This document shows, in pieces, positions 34,661 to 44,037 of a DNA stretch of 64,000 nt (positions are counted from its first letter, which is position 1; each line of letters begins with the position of its first letter). The translations under genes were made by a program, and so were the position numbers. The notes beneath the pieces are model-generated. The model was not told the origin of the DNA. It did not search any database and saw only the letters and a list, made by a program, of their open reading frames with translations. Source of the stretch: Minisyncoccota bacterium (lineage in GTDB: Bacteria > Patescibacteriota > Minisyncoccia > JAHISW01 > Tagabacteraceae); the NCBI GenBank assembly GCA_028711505.1, contig JAQTSC010000001.1, positions 56,447 to 120,446 on the forward strand, written 5' to 3'.

Positions 34661-35359
34661 ATGCCGATCAAAATAAGCAGAAGCAAAATAGATTTATTTT
34701 TGGAATGTCCGAAGTGTTTTTATTTGGACAAAGTTTTAGGCGTGCCGAGACCTCCCGGTTTTCCTTTCACTTTAAATTCCGCGGTTGATAACCTTTTGAA
34801 AAAAGAATTTGATATCCATCGTGCCAAGGGCGAACCGCATCCGCTTATGAAAACTTACGGCATAGATGCCGTTCCTTTTAAACACGAAAAGATAGAAGAG
34901 TGGCGCGACGCGAGAACTCGCGGAATAAGATTTTTGCACGAGCCGACGGATATTTTAGTCGGAGGCGGAATAGACGACATGTGGGTTAATTCAAAAGGCG
35001 AACTCCATGTGGTTGATTATAAAGCCACGGCGAAAGCCGGTAGGGTGAATTTGGATGCCGAGTGGCAGATAGGTTACAAAAGGCAGGTGGAAGTGTATCA
35101 ATGGCTGTTTAGAAAGAACGGATTCAAAGTAAGCGACGTCGCTTATTTCGTATATGTGAACGGCAAACGCGACGCGGCGGCTTTTGACGCCCGTTTGGAA
35201 TTTGACATTGACATAATTCCATACAAGGGCAATGATGATTGGATAGAAAAAGTGCTGTTTGAAATTAGAAAAACATTGGATGGAGATGATGTTCCGAAAG
35301 AGTCTAAAAATTGCGAGTATTGCGCTTATCGCAACGCCGTTAATGAGGCGGAAATGTAG
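34661..35359 (+). CDS. PD-(D/E)XK nuclease, Cas4/RecB-like, with four-Cys (Fe-S type) arrangement
   Basis: N-terminal FLECPKCFY, core ...GGIDDMWVNSKGELHVVDYKATAKAG (D...E.K motif pattern) and C-terminal CEYCAYRN. Start chosen at MPIKISRSK (ATG 34661), as the ORF-track N-extension overlaps the upstream gene. Confidence 0.6.
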   Translation: MPIKISRSKIDLFLECPKCFYLDKVLGVPRPPGFPFTLNSAVDNLLKKEFDIHRAKGEPHPLMKTYGIDAVPFKHEKIEEWRDARTRGIRFLHEPTDILVGGGIDDMWVNSKGELHVVDYKATAKAGRVNLDAEWQIGYKRQVEVYQWLFRKNGFKVSDVAYFVYVNGKRDAAAFDARLEFDIDIIPYKGNDDWIEKVLFEIRKTLDGDDVPKESKNCEYCAYRNAVNEAEM

Positions 35360-35369
35360 GAGGTAAAAG

Positions 35370-35612
35370 ATGAGAAAGGAAAAGAAGGGGGAGGGGAAAA
35401 GGCCTGATGAAGTTGGAGAGATACTGCTGGAAGACGGGGAAAAAAGGATATTGCGGTTTTCTGCCGAATCAGCCGATTTTATCAGAAAACTGGCGGCAGA
35501 AAGGAAAGTTGACTCGATCTATCTTTTGACAAAACTTGGCAGATTCGTGGACAAGGAGGGGTACAAAGGAGAATATGTCATGGGCGCGACGATTAAAATA
35601 TGCCTTTTATAA
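35370..35612 (+). CDS. 80-aa hypothetical protein
   Basis: RBS GGAGG upstream; charged N-terminus (MRKEKKGEGKRPDE...); terminator-like hairpin downstream. Confidence 0.45.
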   Translation: MRKEKKGEGKRPDEVGEILLEDGEKRILRFSAESADFIRKLAAERKVDSIYLLTKLGRFVDKEGYKGEYVMGATIKICLL

Positions 35613-35632
35613 AAATATAAATTTTGACGGCG

Positions 35633-35670
35633 CCAAAGGTCCTGCTTAAAAGCCGGGCCTTTTCTTTTTT
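35633..35670 (+). terminator. Terminator-like hairpin plus T-tract (…GGTCCTGCTTAAAAGCCGGGCCTTTTCTTTTTT)
   Basis: Imperfect GC stem followed by a T-rich run. Confidence 0.45.
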
Positions 35671-35735
35671 GTCCTTTTTTTGATTATAAAAAGTTTGGCG
35701 CAGGGATTGGTCTGTGCTATGTTTTTTGTATTAAG

Positions 35736-36896
35736 ATGATTGAATTTAAAATACTTAAAAAATCCAAGAAATCGCGCGCCCGGCTGGGAATTTTAAAAAC
35801 TCCGCACGGAGAAATAGAAACTCCGGCGCTTGTGACGGTTGCCACGCAGGCGAGCGTAAAAACTTTGACGAGCGAAGAAGCCGAAAGGGCCGGCAGCCAG
35901 CTTTTGATTGCCAATACTTTTCATCTGCATTTGAAACCGGGAGAAAAAATCATAAAATCTTCCGGCGGAATTCACGAATTTATGAATTGGCAAAAGCCGC
36001 TTATGACAGATTCGGGGGGATTTCAGGTTTTTAGTCTGGGGTTTGGCAGAGATTTGGGAGTGGGAAAAATACTTAAATATTTCAGCGGGGAAGAAAAGAA
36101 AGATATTGTTTTAAAAAACAGACAGCCGTCGTCGGTAAAAATAACGGATGACGGCGTAAAGTTTCGTTCGCCGATAGACGGCAAAGAATTTTTTTTGGGA
36201 CCGAAAGAATCAATAAAAATACAGGAACAAATCGGGGCCGATATTATTTTCGCCTTTGATGAATGCACGCCGCCGCTGTCAAATTTTGAATACGCTAAAA
36301 AATCGCTGGAGCGGACGCATAAATGGGCGGAAGTCTGCTTGTCTAACCACAAAACCAGACAGGCGCTTTTTGGCATTATCCAGGGATCTCATTTTAAGGA
36401 ACTCAGGGAAAAGGGCTCTAAATTTATAAATTCTTTAGGTTTTGACGGATATGGGATTGGCGGCGATTTGGGAAAAAGCAAAAGCGACATGAAAACGATT
36501 TTAGACTGGATCGTGCCTAACCTTGACGCTCAGAGACCCCGGCATCTTTTGGGTATCGGTCATCTGGAAGATATGATACCGAACATAAAATCTGGCATGG
36601 ATACGTTTGACTGCATTACCCCGACTCATTATGCGAGGCACGGAACGGCATTTACGTCGTCGGGCCGTTTGGATATGAGACAGAAAAAATTTTTGAATAC
36701 GTCAGCCGGCGGAAAAAAACCGCTTGACCCGAAATGCGGCTGCGAGGTTTGCCAAAATTACACCCGCTCTTACATTTCTCATCTTTTGCGCGCGAAAGAA
36801 ATCACCGCCTTGCGCCTCTTAACTTTCCATAATCTGTATTTTTTCAATAACTATGTCGCGGAAATAAGAGAAAAAATAAAAGCGGGAAAATTGTGA
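35736..36896 (+). CDS. tgt: Queuine tRNA-ribosyltransferase
   Basis: LIANTFHL, DSGGFQVFSL and LGIGHLEDM motifs with the zinc site CGCEVCQNYTRSYISHL. Confidence 0.9.
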   Translation: MIEFKILKKSKKSRARLGILKTPHGEIETPALVTVATQASVKTLTSEEAERAGSQLLIANTFHLHLKPGEKIIKSSGGIHEFMNWQKPLMTDSGGFQVFSLGFGRDLGVGKILKYFSGEEKKDIVLKNRQPSSVKITDDGVKFRSPIDGKEFFLGPKESIKIQEQIGADIIFAFDECTPPLSNFEYAKKSLERTHKWAEVCLSNHKTRQALFGIIQGSHFKELREKGSKFINSLGFDGYGIGGDLGKSKSDMKTILDWIVPNLDAQRPRHLLGIGHLEDMIPNIKSGMDTFDCITPTHYARHGTAFTSSGRLDMRQKKFLNTSAGGKKPLDPKCGCEVCQNYTRSYISHLLRAKEITALRLLTFHNLYFFNNYVAEIREKIKAGKL

Positions 36897-36993
36897 AAAG
36901 AAAAAGATATTTTTTAAACGAAGTTTATAGTATAGTATGTGATATAATGAATTTTAACGTTCGGTTTTTTATCGGGTTTAAAACATTATTATT

Positions 36994-37251
36994 ATGAAGC
37001 AGAGAAAATTTACGGGTATTCTGGGCATTTGGATAATAGTGCTGGCCTTTTTGGGGCTTTCTTCCACTCTCCACGCGGCGCTTTTGACCATAACCGGTTT
37101 GGCGATAGCGCTTTTGTCTTTTAAGCCGCGCGGTATGGTAAAATCAGACAAGGAGCTGATTGAAGATGTTGAAAAGGCGCATGAAGAATTTAAAAAATTC
37201 AACGCAAAAAATGCCGATGAAGACGAAAATGAAACAGAACAGGAAAAATAA
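36994..37251 (+). CDS. Small membrane protein, hypothetical (two TM helices then an acidic tail)
   Basis: 85 aa. Extended -10 TGTGATATAAT upstream. Confidence 0.4.
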   Translation: MKQRKFTGILGIWIIVLAFLGLSSTLHAALLTITGLAIALLSFKPRGMVKSDKELIEDVEKAHEEFKKFNAKNADEDENETEQEK

Positions 37252-37263
37252 AATTTATATTCT

Positions 37264-38427
37264 ATGAATTTTATCCGTTCAAGATGGGCGCTTATTTCCA
37301 TAGCGGCGATTTTTGGCATTTCGGCATACGCCGCGAATTTTTTATTTTCCAAAAAAGACGGTTACGTCGGGGCGGAGCCGGTTGTTTTTTCGCAGAACAC
37401 GGAAGCTTCCGTTGAAGCGGCGGCGGAAGAATTGCCAAAAATTACTCATATCAAGACCCCGGCGTCTGTTAAGGCGATCTACATGACAAGCTGGGTTGCC
37501 GGCACGACGGATTGGCGCGAAAGTCTGGTGGAGTTGATAGATTCAACGGAATTGAATTCCATTGTGATAGACGTCAAAGATTATTCTGGACATCTTTCGT
37601 TTGAGCCGACCGACCCTGTTTTGAAAGAAATCGGTTCCGCGGAAAAACGCATTCCCGATGTCAAAGAATTTATAAACGAGCTTCATCAAAAAAATATTTA
37701 TGTTATTGCCCGCATAAGCGTTTTTCAGGACCCTTTTATGGTAAAGGCAAGACCGGATTTGGCGGTGAAAAAAAATAACGGTTCGGTGTGGAAAGATTAT
37801 AAAGGAATAACGTGGATAGACCCGGCTTCAAAGGAATACTGGGATTACATAATAAGAATTTCAAAAGAGTGTGAAAAATCCGGATTTGATGAACTGAATT
37901 TTGATTACATACGTTTTCCTTCCGACGGCAACATGAAAGATATCTCGTATGATTTTTGGGATGAAAAAACTCCGAAAGCCGAGGTGATGAAAAATTTTTA
38001 TAAATACTTGTCTGGCGGGCTTAAAGAAATAGACATTACGCTTTCAGCGGATCTTTTTGGAATGACAACTTGGAACGAAGATGATTTGAACATAGGCCAA
38101 GTTTTGGGAGACGCGGGACAATATTTTGATTACGTGGCGCCTATGGTTTATCCGTCGCATTATCCCGCGACGTTTCAGGGATATAAAAATCCGGCCGCGC
38201 ATCCTTATGAAATCGTGTATTCGGCCATGGTTCGCGGTTCGGAAAAACTTCTAGCCGCGAGTACGACCCCGTCAAAACTCCGGCCATGGCTGCAAGACTT
38301 TGATTTGGGGGCGGATTATGGAATAACCGAAGTGCGGGCACAAAAAAAGGCGGTTTACGATGCGGGCCTTACAAGCTGGATGCTGTGGGCTCCGTCAAAC
38401 AAATACACGGAGGGAGCGTTAGATTGA
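37264..38427 (+). CDS. Secreted putative glycoside hydrolase (TIM-barrel, DUF4015/GHL-like family)
   Basis: Signal anchor, then KAIYMTSWVAGTTDWRESLVELIDSTELNSIVIDVKDYSGHLSF...NIYVIARISVFQDPF, reminiscent of the YngK/DUF4015 family. Family assignment is from memory of the motif pattern only. Confidence 0.45.
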   Translation: MNFIRSRWALISIAAIFGISAYAANFLFSKKDGYVGAEPVVFSQNTEASVEAAAEELPKITHIKTPASVKAIYMTSWVAGTTDWRESLVELIDSTELNSIVIDVKDYSGHLSFEPTDPVLKEIGSAEKRIPDVKEFINELHQKNIYVIARISVFQDPFMVKARPDLAVKKNNGSVWKDYKGITWIDPASKEYWDYIIRISKECEKSGFDELNFDYIRFPSDGNMKDISYDFWDEKTPKAEVMKNFYKYLSGGLKEIDITLSADLFGMTTWNEDDLNIGQVLGDAGQYFDYVAPMVYPSHYPATFQGYKNPAAHPYEIVYSAMVRGSEKLLAASTTPSKLRPWLQDFDLGADYGITEVRAQKKAVYDAGLTSWMLWAPSNKYTEGALD

Positions 38428-38504
38428 TATCTGTCAGTTGAATGTTTATCGGTTATCCACAAGCGTTTTGAGCCAAAATTTTTAAAGCGAGGTATAATTT
38501 AATT

Positions 38505-38879
38505 ATGGATGACATCTCTAAGCAGGGTCCGGAAATGGTTTATCCGGAAGCAAATAAGCCGGACAGAAAGAAAAAAATATTGATAATTTCCGCTATAATT
38601 GTCGGGATTATTATTTTGTCTGTTTTGGGATATCTTGCATGGAAAAAATGGGGCGTCCAGCCTGTAATTGAACCAATGACTTTAACCGAAAGGCAGGCTA
38701 AAGAGCTTGATGATTTAAGAGCGGCGGCCGGCGGCAAAGAACTTACCCAGGAAGAACTTATGGCTCAATCCAACGAACTGGAGCAAGCAAGAGCTGATAA
38801 AGAAGACGGAAGTTTTTCCGGAGAAGATATAAATAAACAAGCAGCGGAAATTGACGCTTTGCGGGAAAAATATAAATAA
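38505..38879 (+). CDS. Membrane-anchored coiled-coil hypothetical protein
   Basis: 124 aa with one TM helix (ILIISAIIVGIIILSVLGYLAW) and a charged C-terminal domain. Confidence 0.45.
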   Translation: MDDISKQGPEMVYPEANKPDRKKKILIISAIIVGIIILSVLGYLAWKKWGVQPVIEPMTLTERQAKELDDLRAAAGGKELTQEELMAQSNELEQARADKEDGSFSGEDINKQAAEIDALREKYK

Positions 38880-38915
38880 AAATTAAAAAATTTTAAAAAA
38901 ATAAAAAATATTATT

Positions 38916-39686
38916 ATGCAAACCCTTAAGCAATCTTTTCTTTCAATAGTTATTTCTCTGGTTCTTCTCGCCGGAGTCAATTTGGTTTTTGGCTGGACAG
39001 CTCCGTCGGATGAAGGATTTACGATTTCAAATAATGTTCCCACCGGAAACGTGGCAACGCCGATAAATATCGGTTCGACTTCGCAATACAAAACCGGAGC
39101 GTTCGGAGTGGGCGGACTTTTAAGGGCTTATGGCCTGCTGCAAGTCTCCGGCGGGATGAAAATTGACGGTTTTCTTTCCTGCGCTTCTTTGAGCACGGAT
39201 TCAAGCGGTAATGTCACGTGCACCGGCGGCTGTACTCCAAATTGCACTGGCAAAGTATGCGGCAGTGACGGTTGCGGAGGTTCTTGCGGAACTTGTACAT
39301 CGCCGGCTACTTGCGATGGAAGCGGCCAATGCGTAACGCCTACTTATACGTATAGCTGTACTTCCACTACTTGCGGAACTTGTTCTGAAGCTTGCGGAGG
39401 AACACAAACTTGCACGGGCAGTTGCCAAAGAAATGACGGAGTTATTGTTTCTTCCAGCTATTGTCCCGGTGGCACATGCACGTATTCTCAAAGTTGTGGT
39501 GGAGGATGCACATGGCAACAATACACGCTTAGTTGTGTTGAAATAACAACATGGGATTATTGTCAATATATTGGGGCTATAATTGGTCAATCATGTGGTA
39601 CTTCTGGACAAACTTGTTTACGGACTTCCAATTATTGTTCTTATGAACCAGTTACTTATTACGCGGATCGTTTAAGGTGCCAATAA
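38916..39686 (+). CDS. Secreted Cys/Gly/Thr-rich repeat protein
   Basis: Signal peptide. 40 Cys in 256 aa arranged as CGxCT / CTGxC repeats (GGCTPNCTGKVCGSDGCGGSCGTCTSPATCDGSGQC...). Confidence 0.55.
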   Translation: MQTLKQSFLSIVISLVLLAGVNLVFGWTAPSDEGFTISNNVPTGNVATPINIGSTSQYKTGAFGVGGLLRAYGLLQVSGGMKIDGFLSCASLSTDSSGNVTCTGGCTPNCTGKVCGSDGCGGSCGTCTSPATCDGSGQCVTPTYTYSCTSTTCGTCSEACGGTQTCTGSCQRNDGVIVSSSYCPGGTCTYSQSCGGGCTWQQYTLSCVEITTWDYCQYIGAIIGQSCGTSGQTCLRTSNYCSYEPVTYYADRLRCQ

Positions 39687-39707
39687 AATAGACTAAAGAT
39701 TATAAAA

Positions 39708-39740
39708 AATCCGTCCCGCTTTGGCGAGGGCGGATTTTTT
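39708..39740 (+). terminator. Rho-independent terminator
   Basis: ATCCGTCCCGC...GCGAGGGCGGAT stem plus TTTTTTGTT. Confidence 0.6.
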
Positions 39741-39825
39741 GTTGCCGGAGATTTAAACTTCCAATTTTTACGGCATTGGCGTAAAATTTGGATATTAGAA
39801 ATTAATTTTTTGCTTTATTTATATT

Positions 39826-40800
39826 ATGAAAATCGCGATAAACGGGTTTGGCAGAATAGGAAGAATTTTTCTCCGCCAAGCCGTCAAAGAAAAAGATATG
39901 GAAATAGTCGCCATAAACGATTTGGCTGATAAGGACAATCTTATTTATCTCGCGGAGCGTGATTCCGTTTACGGAAAATTCAAGTTTCCGGATACCGAAA
40001 TCAAATTTTTAAGCGAAAAAGACCCGTCAAAGCTTCCGTGGAAAGAACTCAGCGTGGATGTTGTTGTTGAAGCAAGCGGAGTTTTTACTTCGTATGAAAA
40101 GGCAAAGCCTCATCTGGACGCGGGCGCGAAACGGGTCGTGCTTACAGCTCCCGCTTCAAAAGATGACGAAAATACGGCGACTTTTACTCCCAATATCGGA
40201 GAAAAAAACGCCGAAAAATGCGTCATTACTTCAAACGCTTCCTGCACCACGAATTGCGTCGCTCCCGTGGCGGCGATAATGGCGGAAAATCCCGGGATTG
40301 AAAAAGCCATATTGAATACGGTGCACGCCTACACGGCAACGCAGAGCATTGTTGACGGCCCGGCGAAAAAAGATTTTACAAGAGGCAGGGCCGGAGCGAT
40401 AAACGTCGGACCATCCCATACCGGCGCGGCGGCGGCGACGGGAAAAGTTTTGCCCGAATTGGATGGAAAGTTTGACGGGGTGGCGGTGCGGGTGCCCGTT
40501 CCGTGCGGCTCGCTTGTGGATTTTACTTTTTTGGCAAAGAAAAAAACTTCGGTTGAAGAAATAAATAATATTTTTCGCGAAGCGGCGAAAAAACCGGAGT
40601 GGCAGGGAATTTTAAAGATTTCCGAAGAACCTCTTGTCTCCACGGACATCATTGCCGAGCCGTACGCCTCAATCGTTGATTTGTCGTTTACGCGCGTGGT
40701 TGACGGAGACTTGGTGAAAATTTTTTCCTGGTATGACAACGAGTGGGGGTATTGCTCAATGCTTATAAAGCACATTAAAACATTGGAAAAACTTTTATGA
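39826..40800 (+). CDS. gap: Glyceraldehyde-3-phosphate dehydrogenase, type I
   Basis: MKIAINGFGRIGR; active-site ASCTTNCVAPV. Confidence 0.9.
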   Translation: MKIAINGFGRIGRIFLRQAVKEKDMEIVAINDLADKDNLIYLAERDSVYGKFKFPDTEIKFLSEKDPSKLPWKELSVDVVVEASGVFTSYEKAKPHLDAGAKRVVLTAPASKDDENTATFTPNIGEKNAEKCVITSNASCTTNCVAPVAAIMAENPGIEKAILNTVHAYTATQSIVDGPAKKDFTRGRAGAINVGPSHTGAAAATGKVLPELDGKFDGVAVRVPVPCGSLVDFTFLAKKKTSVEEINNIFREAAKKPEWQGILKISEEPLVSTDIIAEPYASIVDLSFTRVVDGDLVKIFSWYDNEWGYCSMLIKHIKTLEKLL

Positions 40801-41240
40801 AAATTTTTATCTCTTCCGACCATGCCGGTTTTGAATTGAAAGAAAAATTGAAAATTTTTCTGGCGGAGCTCGGGCATGAGGTAAAAGATTTCGGAGCGTT
40901 TTCTTTTGATGAAAACGACGACTATCCGGATTTTATAAATCCTCTTGCCGAAGAAATTTCAAGAAGCCCGGAAGAAGCGAAAGGAATAATTCTTGGAGGT
41001 TCGGGGCAGGGAGAAGCGATTTGCGCCAACCGTTTCAAAAATGTCCGCGCCGCGGTTTTGCATCATTTTTCAGAAGATATAATAAAATTATCGCGCCGGC
41101 ATAACGATGCCAATGTTTTATCTTTGGCGGCGCGTTTTTTAAACGAAGATGAAGCGAAAAAAGCGGTGAAATTGTGGCTGGAAACGGATTTCAGCGGCGA
41201 AGAACGGCACTCAAGACGGATTAAAAAAATAGATGAGTAA
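40797..41240 (+). CDS. rpiB: Ribose-5-phosphate isomerase B (RpiB/LacAB family)
   Basis: MKIFISSDHAGFELKEKLKIFL...ILGGSGQGEAICANR...; ATGA overlap with gap. Confidence 0.85.
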   Translation: MKIFISSDHAGFELKEKLKIFLAELGHEVKDFGAFSFDENDDYPDFINPLAEEISRSPEEAKGIILGGSGQGEAICANRFKNVRAAVLHHFSEDIIKLSRRHNDANVLSLAARFLNEDEAKKAVKLWLETDFSGEERHSRRIKKIDE

Positions 41241-42663
41241 TTACAAACCAAAAATAGGGCTGGAGATTCACGCTGAATTAAAGACGCGGACAAAAATGTT
41301 TTGTAATTCAGCGAATAATCCGGATGAAAAACATCCGAATATTAATGTTTGTCCGGTTTGCATGGGATACCCCGGAACTTTGCCGGTGATAAACAAAGAG
41401 GCGGTAAAAAGCGTTTTGAAGGCAGGTTTGGCTCTTGGGGGCAGACTGGCCGACTATTCGCGTTTTGACCGTAAAAATTATTTCTACCCCGATTTGCCTA
41501 AGGGCTATCAGATAAGCCAATACAAGCATCCGCTTGTTGAAGGCGGGGCTTTAAGCGGCGTCAGGATAACCCGTATTCACCTTGAAGAAGACACCGGTCG
41601 TTTGGTGCATGAAAAAGACAGCACCTTGGTGGATTTTAATCGCGCCGGAGTGCCGCTTATGGAGCTTGTCACGGAGCCCGATATCGTTTCCGCGGAACAA
41701 GCCAGAAATTTTGCGGAGGAATTGCGTCTGGTCTTGAGATATCTGGGAATTTCCGACGCGGACATGGAAAAAGGACACATGAGGATAGAAGGGAATATAA
41801 GCGTTTCAAAGGAAAGCGACACTGAATGGGGGACGAAGGTGGAAATTAAAAATATAAATTCCTTTAAGGCGATTGAGGCGGCGCTTAAATATGAAATTGA
41901 AAGGCAGAAAAAGGTTATTGAAAAAGGAGAAAAAATAAGGCAGGAAACGCGGGGTTGGGATGACGCGAAACAAAAGACTTTTTCTCAAAGAAGCAAAGAA
42001 GAAGCGCACGATTACAGATATTTTCCCGAACCGGATTTGCCGCCGTTGAAAATAAGCGAGGTTCCGGAATTTCAAAATCTTCAGGCGGAGATTCCCGAAA
42101 TGCCGTGGCAAAAAAGGGAGAGGTTTAAAAAAGAATACGGGATTAAAGACGATGTCATAAATATTTTGGCAAACGACAAAAAAGCCGCGGATTTTTTTGA
42201 AAGCGTTGTTTCGGAAATAAAATCCGATACGGACACGAAATTTGCCGCGGAACTGGCGTCAAGTTACATTATTTCCGATATGTTCGGAATTATGAAAGAA
42301 AAGATGCTGGATTTTGAGGAAGTCCTTGTTAAGCCTGATAATTTGGCGGACCTTTTGGTAATGATTATGAAAAATAAAATTTCCTCGCGCGTGGCTAAAG
42401 ATGTTTTGAGGGAAATGATTGAAACGGGCGCGGACTCGCTGGCTGTTGTTTCTGAAAAAGGTCTTGAGCAGACAAGCGATGAAGGAGAAATAGAAATGTT
42501 GGTAAAAAAAGCGATTGAAGCCAACCCTAAAGCGGCGGAAGATTTCAAAAAAGGAAAAGAAAATGCCGGGCAATTCATACTGGGAGCGGTTATGAAAGAA
42601 AGCAAAGGCAAAACGAATCCGCAGAAAACCCGTGAAATTTTGGAACGTCTTTTAAAAAAATAA
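41233..42663 (+). CDS. gatB: Asp/Glu-tRNA(Asn/Gln) amidotransferase subunit B
   Basis: KIGLEIHAEL, CPVCMGYPGTLPV, HLEEDTG... GatB signatures. Overlaps rpiB by 8 nt. Confidence 0.9.
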   Translation: MSNYKPKIGLEIHAELKTRTKMFCNSANNPDEKHPNINVCPVCMGYPGTLPVINKEAVKSVLKAGLALGGRLADYSRFDRKNYFYPDLPKGYQISQYKHPLVEGGALSGVRITRIHLEEDTGRLVHEKDSTLVDFNRAGVPLMELVTEPDIVSAEQARNFAEELRLVLRYLGISDADMEKGHMRIEGNISVSKESDTEWGTKVEIKNINSFKAIEAALKYEIERQKKVIEKGEKIRQETRGWDDAKQKTFSQRSKEEAHDYRYFPEPDLPPLKISEVPEFQNLQAEIPEMPWQKRERFKKEYGIKDDVINILANDKKAADFFESVVSEIKSDTDTKFAAELASSYIISDMFGIMKEKMLDFEEVLVKPDNLADLLVMIMKNKISSRVAKDVLREMIETGADSLAVVSEKGLEQTSDEGEIEMLVKKAIEANPKAAEDFKKGKENAGQFILGAVMKESKGKTNPQKTREILERLLKK

Positions 42664-42829
42664 TGCCATGATAAAATATAAATATGGGCATGTGTTCTTA
42701 AAAAGAGGACAACCCTTCGTCGCGGAGGCGACTCAACTAACAAAGACAAAGGCGCTACTCCAGGACGAAGGCCCCTAGACCTAGGCTGAGCTGTAAATGG
42801 CTCTCGCTTGGGTCTTTTTTTCTTAATTT

Positions 42830-43921
42830 ATGGATTTCAAAGACAGTCCGGATTTTCCCAATTTATTTCTTCTCCACTTTAAAAAGAAGCGGCATCTTTA
42901 TGTTTCTTCGGTTTTTTCTGTCTCTGTTTTGCTCGTTTTTTTTGTTCTTTTTTTTATTTCCGTTTCGGCTGATTTTCCAGTAAGAAAAATAATTACCATC
43001 GAAGAAGGGAAGACATTGAAAGAAGTTGCCGCGGATTTTGAAAAACAAAAACTTATCCGTTCATCTTTCGCTTTTGAAACAATCGGATGGATTATGAAAA
43101 CGGAAAAGCAGATAAAAGCCGGAGAATACTTTTTTGAGGAAAAAATGCCAGCGATAAATTTAATGAAAGCGATTTCGGGAAACGATTATCTTAAATTCGC
43201 GAGAATTACGATACCGGAAGGATTTACTTTGCGCGACATCTCATCTCTTTGCGAGAATAAAAAAATTTGGAGCGATGGCGATTTGTGGAAAGAAACCGGA
43301 ACCCCGGGCATAGAATGCGTAAATCATGGCTGTTTGAAACCGGACCCGGAATTTTTATCGTCTTTCCCCCTGCTTTCTTCAAAGCCCGGATACGCAAGCC
43401 TTGAAGGATTTCTTTTTCCTGACACTTATTATGTGCCTCTTTCCGTGACGCCGGAATCCATGGTTAAAATCATGCTTGAAAATACCGAAAAGAAGATTAC
43501 GCCGGAGTTGCGCGAAAAAATTGAAAAAAGCGGGCATAGTTTTTACGAAATTTTAACCATGGCGTCGCTTTTGGAAAAAGAGGCGGCAAAAAAAGAAGAC
43601 AAGGAAATTATTTCCGGAATTTTATGGAAACGGATTGAGGCGGGTATGCCGCTTCAGGTTGACGCCACTTTTCTTTATATGATAGGCAAGCCCAGCAAAG
43701 AACTCACCTTGAGAGATTTGAAAATGGATTCGCCGTACAATACTTATGTTTACAAAGGACTTCCGTCCGGCCCGATTTGCAATCCGGGATTGGATTCCAT
43801 AGAAGCCGCGCTCTCGCCGAAAGATTCGCCGTATTGGTATTATCTTTCGGACAGAAATTACAAGGTCTACTATAGCCAAACTTTTAACGAACATGTGGAA
43901 AAGAAAGGGATCTATTTATAA
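42830..43921 (+). CDS. mltG: Endolytic murein transglycosylase MltG (YceG-like)
   Basis: N-terminal TM and YceG motifs (GYASLEGFLFPDTYY, LQVDATFLYMIGK, YNTYVYKGLPSGPICNPG). Confidence 0.8.
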   Translation: MDFKDSPDFPNLFLLHFKKKRHLYVSSVFSVSVLLVFFVLFFISVSADFPVRKIITIEEGKTLKEVAADFEKQKLIRSSFAFETIGWIMKTEKQIKAGEYFFEEKMPAINLMKAISGNDYLKFARITIPEGFTLRDISSLCENKKIWSDGDLWKETGTPGIECVNHGCLKPDPEFLSSFPLLSSKPGYASLEGFLFPDTYYVPLSVTPESMVKIMLENTEKKITPELREKIEKSGHSFYEILTMASLLEKEAAKKEDKEIISGILWKRIEAGMPLQVDATFLYMIGKPSKELTLRDLKMDSPYNTYVYKGLPSGPICNPGLDSIEAALSPKDSPYWYYLSDRNYKVYYSQTFNEHVEKKGIYL

Positions 43922-44037
43922 TTGGGATTGCTGAAAATATAAAAGTTGATTTCTGGTCCGGAGCGTAATACATTATAGATAACTAAATAAAGATATACAC
44001 CCCCTATATGAAGAAAGCGGGGTGGTTTGGCGTATTT

